From a bacterium (GTDB taxonomy: Bacteria > Patescibacteriota > Minisyncoccia > UBA6257 > GWB1-50-10), in contig JAKALF010000001.1 in assembly GCA_021813265.1 (NCBI GenBank), positions 2,548 to 66,547 of the forward strand: a stretch of 64,000 nucleotides of DNA, given 5' to 3'. Below are positions 28,495 through 38,658 of the stretch, piece by piece; the first letter of the stretch is position 1; every line of letters begins with the position of its first letter. The notes below the pieces were generated by a model. The model made no database searches. It was not told the origin of the DNA and saw only the letters and a program-made list of their open reading frames with translations. The position numbers were made by a program, and so were the translations under genes.

Positions 28495-29554
28495 CTATAT
28501 GTTTGACAACTTAAGCAAAAAACAAGAAAAAATAATAGACGCGCATTACAAGTATGGGACTCTTGTCTCCCTGTACAATACCAACAACTCGGCAAAAAAG
28601 AAAAAAATGGACGCCGCGATAACCGATGAGGACAGGAAATTGATAGAAACATACAAACGAAAGCCAGATGATGACATAGACCCGGAAACCCGTCTTAAAT
28701 CAAAAATATTTGAGGGGGCGCTTATAAAACACGGAGAAACAATGTTTGGAGAAAAGACTTTCCTTTCTCCCGCGTCGGAATATGATGATTGGATAAACGG
28801 CACAGACGCCGTGCTTGAAATAGAAAATGGAAATGAAGAACCTATCCGTATCGCCATTGACGCGACGCTTTGTAAAACCAGCGAAAGGGCTGATATTAAA
28901 TTAAGAAATATAACACAAAATATTGAAACGTTGGATAATAAAAAAACAGAACAGTTCTATCTAAAATACTTCGAATCACGATTTAAAAACGAGGGGATAA
29001 AAGGATATTCATCGATTCCTAAGGTTATTCTGGGAGAATACGCCGAGGATTTCGATAGAATCTTGGAAGAAATGAAATCCGAACATTCAGTTATGCCCTA
29101 TATATTTCTCAAAATGATGAAAGCGCAGCTTGAAAGTTGGTTCGTGTTCGTTCTTATGGTAAATAGTCAAAAAATAGACGCCGCGAAAGGAGATATAATA
29201 AAACCGGAATTATGGTATAAAGACAAAAAGATGAGAAAAATGTATAAATCAGCTATACAATCGGTTGATAATAGTTGGAACAAAGAAAAAACAGAAGAAG
29301 CCCTGAAATTATACGAGAAAGAGGAGGGCGTGTTCGGGACAGATGATTTTTCAATTCCGAAATACGCCTCGCTCGTTTCGAACACAAAAAACGCTCTTGA
29401 CTGGATATGCGCCGAACTTGAAACGCAGAAAAAAAGATTAGAAGAACTTGATGCCGAAAAAATAAAAGATTTTGAAAACAACGAGGTGGTTCAGAAATTG
29501 GAATCCCATTTAGAAAGAGATGTTGTGCTTAAATACAGACCTATTTTTGTGTGA
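28481..29554 (+). CDS. hypothetical protein (357 aa)
   Basis: ORF only. Overlaps the trpS stop by 14 nt. Confidence 0.35.
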   Translation: MDFSNYMFDNLSKKQEKIIDAHYKYGTLVSLYNTNNSAKKKKMDAAITDEDRKLIETYKRKPDDDIDPETRLKSKIFEGALIKHGETMFGEKTFLSPASEYDDWINGTDAVLEIENGNEEPIRIAIDATLCKTSERADIKLRNITQNIETLDNKKTEQFYLKYFESRFKNEGIKGYSSIPKVILGEYAEDFDRILEEMKSEHSVMPYIFLKMMKAQLESWFVFVLMVNSQKIDAAKGDIIKPELWYKDKKMRKMYKSAIQSVDNSWNKEKTEEALKLYEKEEGVFGTDDFSIPKYASLVSNTKNALDWICAELETQKKRLEELDAEKIKDFENNEVVQKLESHLERDVVLKYRPIFV

Positions 29555-29557
29555 AAA

Positions 29558-29585
29558 AAAGCGGCATACATAATGCCGCTTTTAG
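29558..29585. terminator. bidirectional terminator (aaagcggcat...atgccgcttt)
   Basis: 10-bp stem with flanking A/T runs. Confidence 0.6.
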
Positions 29586-29590
29586 AGACA

Positions 29591-29770
29591 TCAAAGAAAA
29601 TCTTCTTTGTGCCTCTTCTTATATTCCTCTACCTTCTTTTCTATTTCCCCTCTTACTCCCCTCATAGAATCGTTGGTAAATTTTTCGAAATTTCGAACAA
29701 GTTTTTTCCTGTTTTTTTCTTGTTCTTTTTTTTCTTTTTCTCTTTGAAAAATTGAGTTTTTACTCATCAT
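29591..29770 (-). CDS. small K/E-rich hypothetical protein (59 aa), absent from the ORF track
   Basis: ATGATG start preceded by AAAGGAGGTAGAA. Stop is immediately followed by the terminator. Confidence 0.3.
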   Translation of the reverse strand: MMSKNSIFQREKEKKEQEKNRKKLVRNFEKFTNDSMRGVRGEIEKKVEEYKKRHKEDFL

Positions 29771-29897
29771 TTCTACCTCCTTTAGGTTAATGAGCTATAT
29801 ATTTAATAACCTAAAATAATATCTATGTCAAGCTTTCGCAAAAATGCAAAGTGATAAAAATAAAGAGGCACGCAAGTGCCTCTGAATGGATATTTTT

Positions 29898-30599
29898 CTA
29901 TTTAAAAACTCTAAGGTCTATTTCTTCTACAACTCTTCCCTGTTGTTTTACGATGATCTTATTATCGCTATATTTTTCGAATGATATTGAATAATCAACA
30001 CTATCCTCTTTTTTTGCTCTATACTCGTCCACTATATTAGTAACATCTGGATCTATAACTGGGATCCAATTTAGACGGTATTCCTTATCACCATGAATAA
30101 CTAGAGTGTAGTCATATCCTTCCCAAAATCTATCGATTAAGTCATAAGAATCTGTGGCAGAGTATCTATCTCTCGTCCGGCTTTCGAACAACGTAACCGA
30201 GTAAATTGGCTGAGGGATAAATTTTTCTTCAGTTGTTTTACCCGCTATTTTCCAGCACTTATTCTTTCTAGGAATTTCATATACTTTGCCGTGATAATCT
30301 TTTACTTTGTGTGGAACCAAAATATCTTGATTGTTTGTTAAAACAAATATTGATTTTTTCCTACTAGTTCCCGGCTTTCCCCATGCTATAGTTATTGGAT
30401 TGTTATAGACGTTAATTTGATCAAGCTCATCATCTGTTATAACCAAAAAATCTGTCGTTCCGGGTATCTTTACTACATCACTAACCTCTCGTTTTAATTG
30501 TAGTGCCCCGTGATATAACTTAAGCAGTGGTGTCCTGATTTTTTCTTTAGCAACTACAAAAACTTTTTCTGCTTCGGGCGTAAAATTTAATGCATTCAT
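29898..30599 (-). CDS. hypothetical protein (233 aa)
   Basis: ORF with RBS GGAGGA. Confidence 0.35.
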   Translation of the reverse strand: MNALNFTPEAEKVFVVAKEKIRTPLLKLYHGALQLKREVSDVVKIPGTTDFLVITDDELDQINVYNNPITIAWGKPGTSRKKSIFVLTNNQDILVPHKVKDYHGKVYEIPRKNKCWKIAGKTTEEKFIPQPIYSVTLFESRTRDRYSATDSYDLIDRFWEGYDYTLVIHGDKEYRLNWIPVIDPDVTNIVDEYRAKKEDSVDYSISFEKYSDNKIIVKQQGRVVEEIDLRVFK

Positions 30600-30788
30600 T
30601 CTATCCTCCTTAAATATTTTTAAATTATTTATTATTTACCTCATATCGTAGACAACCTGCAAATGCAAAAGTCCACACCAAGCCAGCTTGTCTTGGGTAT
30701 AAATAAATCACGGGAATTATCCACGAAACGAGATAAATAACGATTTTTTCAGTTTCTGAATAAAAAATAGCATAATATATTTTTTATG

Positions 30789-33700
30789 TCAAGCTTTCGC
30801 AATTCCAACCCACACCTTCTCTCCGTCAAACGCTGTATCAAGTTCAACCAGCATTCTTTGAACGCGTTTCATGTAAATATGTTTCGCGCTTACCTGAGAC
30901 GCTATCACAAGCTTATAAACTTCAAGAATCCTTTCGATATGGGGGGTTGTTTCAATAAAAAGCTCAATTGTTTCTCCCGCTTCAAGTTTCCCGTCTTGGC
31001 GAAGCCCCTGGACGGTTCGAACTAATTCTCTAAATATCCCCTCGTCTTTAAGCTCCTCGGTAATCTCGGTATCAAGTTTGAGCGACTCTTCAATGTCCTT
31101 CTCAAATAGAACGTCTTTCACGTTTACTTCGTCTTTTAAAATATCGAGAAATTGATGTTTTCCTTGAAGAGTCAAATCTTTTAGGGTAAGGGAAGAAAGG
31201 GGTTGTCTTACCTTTATACCGAGCTCCGCTCGTTTCGCGAGAGCGTCGCTTGCGACTTTTCTAACTGTTTCCATGAGAGAGATAAATTCCTTATTAGGTT
31301 TTTTTGTCGAAATTTCGGGCCATGTATCCATATGAACGGAAAGGGGTAACCCCTTTCCCCTGTTACGAAGCGACTGATACAAAGCTTCGGCAAAAAAGGG
31401 AGTAAAGGGAGCAATGAGTTTTGAGATTTGAAGAAGAACATATCCCAGCGTTTCGGAAGCCGAATTATAATCATTGGAATCTTCGGGTTTCTGGAGACGT
31501 TTCCTTGAACGCCTGATATACCACCTTGAAAAATCTCCGATAAAATTCTCAATTATTCTTCCGGCCCCGCCTATATCATATCGCTCCAAATGTTCCGTTA
31601 TGGATATAACGGTTTCGTCTAATAACTCTAAAATCCATGTATCTAAAATATGTCGAGATTTCGGCCTCCCCCCTATCACGCGCCCGCGATCCGCGTAGGT
31701 CTCAAAAAATATAAATGAGTTATATATGAGGAGAATAAACTGACGGAGGGTTTTTTGAAGGTCGGCTTCGTCAAATTTCTTGGGTTCTCCCGGAGGATTT
31801 ACGGTGTAGAAATACCAGCGTACCGTATCGGCTCCATATTTTTCTACCATATCCCACGGACTCACGGTGTTCCCCTTGGACTTAGACATTTTCTGTCCAT
31901 TTTTGTCGAGGATAAGGCCGAGAGAGATAACGTGACGATAGGGTTCTTGGTTCCCTAAAAGCACTGAAATCGCGAGAAGGGTGTAAAACCACCCTCGTGT
32001 TTGATCAATTCCCTCGCTGATATAATCGGCCGGAAAATATTGAGGAGTCTCGCGTTTTTTTCTATCGGTAAAAGGAAAATGATCTTGAGCAAAAGGCATA
32101 GCTCCGGAATCAAACCAAACGTCAAGCACCTCGGGAACTCTCCGCATAATTCCCTTTTCACAGGCTTTACAGGAGAAAGTAACATCATCAATGAAGGGCT
32201 TATGAAGATCGAACGCCCCCGTATCATCCCGTGGAACCATCTTACACGAAAGAGCTTTAACCTCGGCGTTTCCAAAATAATGACGTTTTTTTCCCTCCCA
32301 TGCCTTTAGGGAATCGGTGGGTATCCAACCCCTTAAAACACTCTCAAGCATCCAAAGAACATCTCCGTGACTTATAATCACGAGAGTTTTCCTGGAATAG
32401 GTTTTCTCCATTTCCTTGATAAAGGAAAACACTCGTTTCCGGACGTCGGTAAGAGACTCGCCGTTCGGATAACGCTTTATAAATCTTTCGGCTCTTGATC
32501 CAAAAAGTTCGTGGTTTCGAGAAAGAGGACTTCCATTAAAATCGCCCGAGTCGACTTCTCTTAAACGCTCGTCAAAACGCGCGTCTTGTATCCCAAGCTT
32601 TTCCGAAATAATATCGGCGCTCTCTTTAGTTCGCGTCATATCGGAGGAATATATGACATGAGGCTTGTGTCGCTTCAATATCCTTGCCGCTTTTTCAATT
32701 TCCACTCTTCCTTTTAGGGTAATGTGGCACGGTTCTTTTTCCGGCCACGAGCTCAAGATGTTTTTCACGTTATTTTCCGCCTCTCCATGGCGAATCAAGA
32801 TATACGTGTTCCCGCTTGATGTCTGAAGACGCGCGAGCTCATCCACGCTTTCGCATACGTGAGTTTTGCGGCAAATATCACACTCCCAAATAGGGAGCGG
32901 AGTTCCCCAATATCGAGAACGCGAAATCGCCCAATCTTTTACCTCCCTCAACCATTCTCCAAATCTTCCATCTTTTATATACTCGGGAATCCAATCAACG
33001 CGGGAATTCGCGGAAAGAAGATCGGCTCTCAAAGAACTCATGGAGATAAACCAGGAATCGCGGGCGTAGTATAAAAGAGAAGAAGAACATCTCCAACAGA
33101 AAGGATACTCATGGTTATAATCCTCGGTTCTAAGAAAGAAATTTTTGGATTTTAAATGATCAAAAATTACTCCTTCGGTTTCTCTGGATTTTACGTACAT
33201 GCCCGCCAAACCTGGAACGTTATCCATAAATTTCCCCTGCTCATCAACGGTATGGTATTGAGGCAACCCGATTTCTTTTCCGAGCGCGTAGTCATCCTCT
33301 CCATACATTACGGCGGTGTGAACGATACCCGTTCCATCCGTTGTTGTTACAAAATCAGCGGAATATATCGTATACGACGTGTTCGTCTTAAGTTTTGAAA
33401 CCTCGAAAAGAGGAGTGTACGTCAGTCCCAAAAGATCGGACCCTTTAACTTCCTCTATTTCTTCAATTGATCCATCGGGGAAAAGTTTTTGAAGGAGATC
33501 TTTTCCTAAAATATACACTTCTCCGCTTTCTTTATGTTTTGCTAGGGAATACGCTATGTCCTTTCCCGCGGCAAGCGCAACATTTCCGGGGAGCGTCCAA
33601 GGAGTCGTGGTCCAGGAGAGAATATAGGTGTTACGATCCGAGACGAAGTTCCCTATCTTCTGTCCTTCTGAAAGTCTAAATTTTATATAGACTGAGGTAT

Positions 33701-34370
33701 CGGTAATTTCTCTGTATCCTAAAGCAAGCTCGTGGGATGAAAGTCCCGTTCCGCAACGCGGACACCATGGAACAACCTTGTGTCCCTTGTATAGAAGCTC
33801 TTTTTTTGAAATCTGTTTTAAAATCCACCAGATGGATTCCATATATGAATTTTCATAGGTGATATAGGGATGTTTCATATCAAGCCAAAATCCTATACGC
33901 TCCGTAAGGCGCTCCCATTCATCCTTATATCTCCAGACAGACTCCCTGCATTTCGCGTTAAACGCGGCAATGCCGTATTCTTCCACTTGATTCTTTGAGG
34001 TAAGTCCGAGTTCTTTTTCAACCTCTATTTCAACCGGAAGACCGTGAGTATCCCATCCTCCCTTTCTTGGAACATGAAATCCCCGCATGGTTTTGTAGCG
34101 CAAGATAATGTCCTTAAACGATCGTGCCAAGACATGGTGAATTCCCGGATGTCCGTTAGCGGTCGGGGGGCCTTCATAAAAAACGAATACGCGTTTTTTC
34201 TTTGGAAAGAACGTTGAAAAAACGTTCTTCTTTTTTTGAGACACGGTTTTTTCAAAAACATCATGCTTTCTCCAAAATTCCAGCACGCGATGTTCGGTAT
34301 CGGGAAGTGAAAATGGTCCTTGTTTCTTAAGCATACGCGATGCATCTATAGTAATAAAAAATACGGACAA
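30789..34370 (-). CDS. ileS: isoleucine--tRNA ligase with an inserted histidine-phosphatase (PGAM-family) domain
   Basis: HIGH-like PTANGHPGIHH, KMSKS, and editing/zinc-knuckle motifs WCPRCGT, WECDICRK ... SCKACEKG. Residues ~515-715 contain LIRHGEAENN ... RTKESA ... ISHGD. Confidence 0.85.
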   Translation of the reverse strand: MSVFFITIDASRMLKKQGPFSLPDTEHRVLEFWRKHDVFEKTVSQKKKNVFSTFFPKKKRVFVFYEGPPTANGHPGIHHVLARSFKDIILRYKTMRGFHVPRKGGWDTHGLPVEIEVEKELGLTSKNQVEEYGIAAFNAKCRESVWRYKDEWERLTERIGFWLDMKHPYITYENSYMESIWWILKQISKKELLYKGHKVVPWCPRCGTGLSSHELALGYREITDTSVYIKFRLSEGQKIGNFVSDRNTYILSWTTTPWTLPGNVALAAGKDIAYSLAKHKESGEVYILGKDLLQKLFPDGSIEEIEEVKGSDLLGLTYTPLFEVSKLKTNTSYTIYSADFVTTTDGTGIVHTAVMYGEDDYALGKEIGLPQYHTVDEQGKFMDNVPGLAGMYVKSRETEGVIFDHLKSKNFFLRTEDYNHEYPFCWRCSSSLLYYARDSWFISMSSLRADLLSANSRVDWIPEYIKDGRFGEWLREVKDWAISRSRYWGTPLPIWECDICRKTHVCESVDELARLQTSSGNTYILIRHGEAENNVKNILSSWPEKEPCHITLKGRVEIEKAARILKRHKPHVIYSSDMTRTKESADIISEKLGIQDARFDERLREVDSGDFNGSPLSRNHELFGSRAERFIKRYPNGESLTDVRKRVFSFIKEMEKTYSRKTLVIISHGDVLWMLESVLRGWIPTDSLKAWEGKKRHYFGNAEVKALSCKMVPRDDTGAFDLHKPFIDDVTFSCKACEKGIMRRVPEVLDVWFDSGAMPFAQDHFPFTDRKKRETPQYFPADYISEGIDQTRGWFYTLLAISVLLGNQEPYRHVISLGLILDKNGQKMSKSKGNTVSPWDMVEKYGADTVRWYFYTVNPPGEPKKFDEADLQKTLRQFILLIYNSFIFFETYADRGRVIGGRPKSRHILDTWILELLDETVISITEHLERYDIGGAGRIIENFIGDFSRWYIRRSRKRLQKPEDSNDYNSASETLGYVLLQISKLIAPFTPFFAEALYQSLRNRGKGLPLSVHMDTWPEISTKKPNKEFISLMETVRKVASDALAKRAELGIKVRQPLSSLTLKDLTLQGKHQFLDILKDEVNVKDVLFEKDIEESLKLDTEITEELKDEGIFRELVRTVQGLRQDGKLEAGETIELFIETTPHIERILEVYKLVIASQVSAKHIYMKRVQRMLVELDTAFDGEKVWVGIAKA

Positions 34371-34421
34371 ACGCCACTTTTACGCGTTCCCAAAATCATA
34401 AAAAAGCACCATAATGATATT

Positions 34422-35369
34422 ATGATGGCATTTCTCATTTTGCTGCTTTTTATTCTGTTTTATCTCCTCGGTAAATCAGCGGATCTTGTCGTTCTTCAAG
34501 TAAAAGGACTGGGGGAACGTTTCGGCATTCCCCTTTCATTTCTTGGAATCATCTTAGGTCTTTTGACTTCCGTGCCGGAACTTTCAGTTGGGATCAACGC
34601 GCTCCTCGAAAACGCGGTCGCGGTTTCGGTCGGGAATCTCTTTGGAGGAGTTATAGTCCTTTTCGGTCTTATCTACGGGGGAGGAATTATATTAAACAGA
34701 AAAACAAAAACGGACGGGAAAATCTGGCACATTATCCCCTTTTTCTCCTATATTCTCCTCGCTATTATCTTTGGAATTACGGGAACAATAACCGAGGTGG
34801 AGGGAGGAATTCTCATGGCGGGATATCTTGCCTTCATATTTTTCCTCTATCTCAAAGGAGAGAAAAAACAATCAGACCATCACTTCAAAAGAACTCCCAT
34901 TTCTCTTACAAAAAGTGTTTTGATCGTCATCGCGGGTCTTCTTGGAGTAATCGTTCTTTCAAAACTTATTGTCTTTCTCTCGCTTGAATTTATAAAAGAT
35001 TTTCATATTCCTGAATTTCTTACTGGGTTTCTTGTGTTTTCCATAGGAACAAATCTGCCTGAAGTCACTATTACCATACGATCATGGCGAAAACATATCA
35101 AAGATTTGTCAGTTGCGAATATCTACGGATCGGCAATCGCCAACATCTTTATCATAGGCCTTCTCGCCTTTTTAAAACCCATACCTATACAAACAGGGAT
35201 GTCATATTACGCGATGGCTGTAGCGTTTCTCGTACTATTTATTCTCACGGTGTTTTTTTATAAAAGCGACAAAAAACTCACGCGACCCGAGGGTTTCGCT
35301 CTTCTTGGTTTCTACGTCCTTTCCGTTGGAACTGAACTTATCTTGTTCATTCTCGGAAAAATGGGGTAA
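34422..35369 (+). CDS. Ca2+/cation antiporter (CaCA / YrbG-like)
   Basis: Two alpha-repeats (GNLFGGVIVLFGL; GTNLPEVTITI). The track ORF starts at 34320 and would overlap ileS by 50 nt, so the M at 34422 is preferred. Confidence 0.6.
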   Translation: MMAFLILLLFILFYLLGKSADLVVLQVKGLGERFGIPLSFLGIILGLLTSVPELSVGINALLENAVAVSVGNLFGGVIVLFGLIYGGGIILNRKTKTDGKIWHIIPFFSYILLAIIFGITGTITEVEGGILMAGYLAFIFFLYLKGEKKQSDHHFKRTPISLTKSVLIVIAGLLGVIVLSKLIVFLSLEFIKDFHIPEFLTGFLVFSIGTNLPEVTITIRSWRKHIKDLSVANIYGSAIANIFIIGLLAFLKPIPIQTGMSYYAMAVAFLVLFILTVFFYKSDKKLTRPEGFALLGFYVLSVGTELILFILGKMG

Positions 35370-35417
35370 TATGAAAGAAAGAGGTTTTAATGTATGTATT
35401 AGAAACGTACCTCGCCT

Positions 35418-35993
35418 ATGAAAAAAAGGGAGCATTATTCGGAAAAAACGGATGAAGAACTGATTACGCTCACGCTCCAAGATAACAAGTATTATCTGTA
35501 CCTTATGGAACGCTATGAAAAAAAGCTTCTTCGGTACATTATGAGAATTTCATCGCTCCAAAAAGAAGACGCTGAAGACGTGCTCCAAGAAACCTTTATC
35601 AAGGCGTATAAAAACATGAATGACTTCGATGTTTCACTGAAGTTTTCTTCGTGGATTTACAGAATAACGCATAATGAAACTATCAATTTTCTGAGGAAAA
35701 ACCGGGTAATTAAAAACGCCATCAACAACGCTTTCAATGAAGAGGAAATTGGAAGTCTTGTTTCGGAAATAAATCAGGAGGAGGAGTTTGAAAATAACGC
35801 GCTGAAAGGTCGGGTTCAGGAAATTCTTAACGCCATGGACGAAAAATATAAGACGGTTCTTGTTTTAAAATTCATAGAAGAAAAGAGTTACAAAGAAATT
35901 TCCGACATTCTTCAAAAACCTTCGGGGACTATTGCTACCCTGATTAACAGAGCGAAAAAACAATTCAGAGAGCTTGCGGACGCCAATTTTTAA
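35418..35993 (+). CDS. ECF-type sigma-70 factor
   Basis: Region 2 (QETFIKAYKNMNDFD...FSSWIYRITHNETINFLR) and region 4 (SYKEISDILQKPSGTIATLINRAKKQ). Confidence 0.75.
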   Translation: MKKREHYSEKTDEELITLTLQDNKYYLYLMERYEKKLLRYIMRISSLQKEDAEDVLQETFIKAYKNMNDFDVSLKFSSWIYRITHNETINFLRKNRVIKNAINNAFNEEEIGSLVSEINQEEEFENNALKGRVQEILNAMDEKYKTVLVLKFIEEKSYKEISDILQKPSGTIATLINRAKKQFRELADANF

Positions 35994-35995
35994 CC

Positions 35996-36739
35996 ATGAC
36001 TCTAAGCGAAAAAACATTTGAAAAGATAGGGAAAGAAGAGATAACGCCAATTGCGAAATGGAAATTCTTCCTAAAAAACGTCGCGGTTTGGACGACGGGT
36101 GTTTTTGTCATCATCGCGGGAGGAATAGTAACCGCCCTCACCATCTATCGGGTAAGGGACAGCGACTGGGGGGTGTATAAAAACCTCGGAGAAAGTCCTT
36201 TTATCTATACGATTCGCATCCTTCCATATGTTTGGATTATAGTCGTCATCCTCTTTATCGCCATAGCGTATTACAACGTACGCAACACAAAGGGCGGATA
36301 TCGGTACGCGACTCACATCATCGTGTTTGGAAGTATTTTTGGATCGTTGCTTCTTGGAACCGCCTTCTTTTCTTTAGGATTCGGAGAACATATTGACGCT
36401 CAAATAGGAATATCAGTCCCCGCGTATGAATATCTTGGATATAACAAGCAAAAGATCTGGACGAATCCTGGCGAGGGTTTGCTTTCAGGCCAAATTATCG
36501 CTCTAAGAAACAGCTCTTCCAGCTTCATAATTAGGGATTTTACGGGGAAACCGTGGGTAATATATAGCGACCCTAACGCGCGATGGGACGCTTTCGTGCT
36601 CCCCAGGGTTGGGGAACAGATAAAGATTATAGGAAAACAAGAAACCCACGACATATTCTTTGCAAGTGAAATACGCCCCTGGAAATCTCTAAGCGACCCC
36701 AACGAAAGAAAAATATTTTACCTGCGTACTACTAAGTGA
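35996..36739 (+). CDS. hypothetical membrane protein (possible anti-sigma partner)
   Basis: Three TM helices. Starts 3 nt after the sigma-factor stop. Confidence 0.35.
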   Translation: MTLSEKTFEKIGKEEITPIAKWKFFLKNVAVWTTGVFVIIAGGIVTALTIYRVRDSDWGVYKNLGESPFIYTIRILPYVWIIVVILFIAIAYYNVRNTKGGYRYATHIIVFGSIFGSLLLGTAFFSLGFGEHIDAQIGISVPAYEYLGYNKQKIWTNPGEGLLSGQIIALRNSSSSFIIRDFTGKPWVIYSDPNARWDAFVLPRVGEQIKIIGKQETHDIFFASEIRPWKSLSDPNERKIFYLRTTK

Positions 36740-37017
36740 GGCCCCAAAAAATATTCAACTCTGGGGCGGAAAAGGTCGAAAAGCAATATTCTTGTTGGTG
36801 CGGTATATCACTCATTAAATAACACTTACAATTAAAGGACTTCCTCCAATCATATCTATATATCATCAAAGGAGGGTCATATACTAGCCAAATTATACGT
36901 AAGAATGAATGAGAAAAAAACGCGCTAATAATATAACGGCTCATGACGTAGGGTAAAAAAACACACAACATACACAGAGGGACAAAAACAAAAGCCTCGA
37001 ACCTGCGGGGCTTTTGT

Positions 37018-38616
37018 TTACATTTTTTTAAGAAAGGAAATTCCTAAAACAGAAAAGAGGTTTTTGAAAACAATCAAGGTGGCGGAGATAAGAGTCAGAC
37101 GAGCGCGAACGACGTTCTTTTCTTCTCCCAAAACCCGTTCTTTTTCATAGAAGCCGTGAAAAACCTTGGCAAGCTCAAGAGCGTACTGGGTAAGGCGGCG
37201 GATGTTGTAACTTGAGGAAACGCTCAAAATAATTTCGGGAAATTGCGCGAGGGTTTTCATAAGACGGATATCTTCTTCCGTTGAAAGAACGGCAAGATCG
37301 GAAAGATCGGGAATAGCTGGTTTTTTGACTTTCCGCATAATGCTCTTGGCGCGTACGGCGGCATATTGGACATAGAATACGGGGTTTTTTAGTGTCCGTT
37401 CTTTCGCGAGAGACATATCAAAATCCATATGCGTTTCTGGAGTAATCATGAGAAAGAAAAAACGCGCGGAATCTTTCCCCACCTCATCAACAAGCTCCTC
37501 AAAGGTAACAAACATACCCTTTCGCTTCGACATCTTTACCTCTCTTCCGTTCTCTAAAAGACGTACCGCTTGCGTTATCATAACATCGGATTTTTGGATG
37601 CCAACCATGCTCGCGACGGCCTGAATACGAGCCATATATCCATGGTGATCGGGGCCTAAGATAAGGATTTTTGAATCAAATCCGCGCTTTTTCGTTTCAA
37701 GGTAATGCCCGGCATCGGCAAGAAAATAGGTTGGAACTCCGTCTTTTTTCAAAACCACTCGATCTTTATCATCCCCGTACTCGGTTGTTTTGAGCCATAG
37801 AGCTCCATCGGATTCATAAATAGACCGGTTTTTTTGAAAAAGCGACAAAGCCTTTTTAACATACCCCTTCCCGTGAATATCATTGTCCTCGGATGTATAG
37901 CGATCAAAATATATGCCCGCTTTCTTTTCAATAACATTCCGTGTCGCTTTCAAAAAATCTTTCGCGGCCCGCTTCCCAAGCTTCAAAGGATCGTGTTTTA
38001 AGCGTTTAACGATAGCTACGTGAGCACGAGCCCAATAATCTACGTATTCTCCTTTGTAAAATGTTTCTTCGTAAGGAATGAGGCGAGACGCGGCGAGAAT
38101 GGAATTACCCAATGTTTCAATCTGATTTCCCGTGTCGTTTACATAATATTCCTTTTCAACGTCAAAACCCGACATCTGAAGAACGTTTCCCAAAACATCT
38201 CCTAAGAATCCTCCTCTTCCATTTGCGAGGGTAAGGGGACCGGTTGGATTAGCTGATATAAATTCAATTTGAACCTTTTTTCTTCGACTTCGGGAAATTT
38301 TTCGTTTCCCGTATCGATCTCCCTCCTTTAGAATAAATTTGAGTTCACGAAAAAATACCTCAGGTTTTACCCACATATTCACGAACCCGGGAGCTTTTGC
38401 TTCAACGCGATCAAAAATATCAGAGGTTGTGTTAAGATACGAGGCGAGTTCTTCCGCCATGTCAATGGGAGAGATATGTTTTTCCTTAGCGAGCAAAAAA
38501 GCAACCGTTGTGCTGTAGTGGCCCAATGATTCATGTTCGGGAACGGAAATATCGATATCCACGGAATTTCCTGAAAAATTCCGTATAACGCGAGTAATAT
38601 TTTCTTTGATACTCAT
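37018..38616 (-). CDS. argS: arginine--tRNA ligase
   Basis: Class I HIGH region (SANPTGPLTLANGRGG) and C-terminal anticodon-binding DALR domain. Confidence 0.85.
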   Translation of the reverse strand: MSIKENITRVIRNFSGNSVDIDISVPEHESLGHYSTTVAFLLAKEKHISPIDMAEELASYLNTTSDIFDRVEAKAPGFVNMWVKPEVFFRELKFILKEGDRYGKRKISRSRRKKVQIEFISANPTGPLTLANGRGGFLGDVLGNVLQMSGFDVEKEYYVNDTGNQIETLGNSILAASRLIPYEETFYKGEYVDYWARAHVAIVKRLKHDPLKLGKRAAKDFLKATRNVIEKKAGIYFDRYTSEDNDIHGKGYVKKALSLFQKNRSIYESDGALWLKTTEYGDDKDRVVLKKDGVPTYFLADAGHYLETKKRGFDSKILILGPDHHGYMARIQAVASMVGIQKSDVMITQAVRLLENGREVKMSKRKGMFVTFEELVDEVGKDSARFFFLMITPETHMDFDMSLAKERTLKNPVFYVQYAAVRAKSIMRKVKKPAIPDLSDLAVLSTEEDIRLMKTLAQFPEIILSVSSSYNIRRLTQYALELAKVFHGFYEKERVLGEEKNVVRARLTLISATLIVFKNLFSVLGISFLKKM

Positions 38617-38658
38617 TGAATAGAAGTATAGCGGAAATATGCTAATCTAAAAACACCC

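Noticed and set aside
31214-32309. Small ORFs inside ileS on either strand
   Set aside because: They are embedded in a motif-rich 1193-aa synthetase ORF.
34320-34421. Antiporter start at 34320
   Set aside because: It would overlap ileS by about 50 nt and the N-terminal 34 residues are non-hydrophobic junk. The MMAFLILLL start at 34422 gives a normal TM1.
36990-37018. Intrinsic terminator for argS
   Set aside because: The stem is imperfect (gcctcg/cggggc with a mismatch). I noted it but did not report it as a feature.
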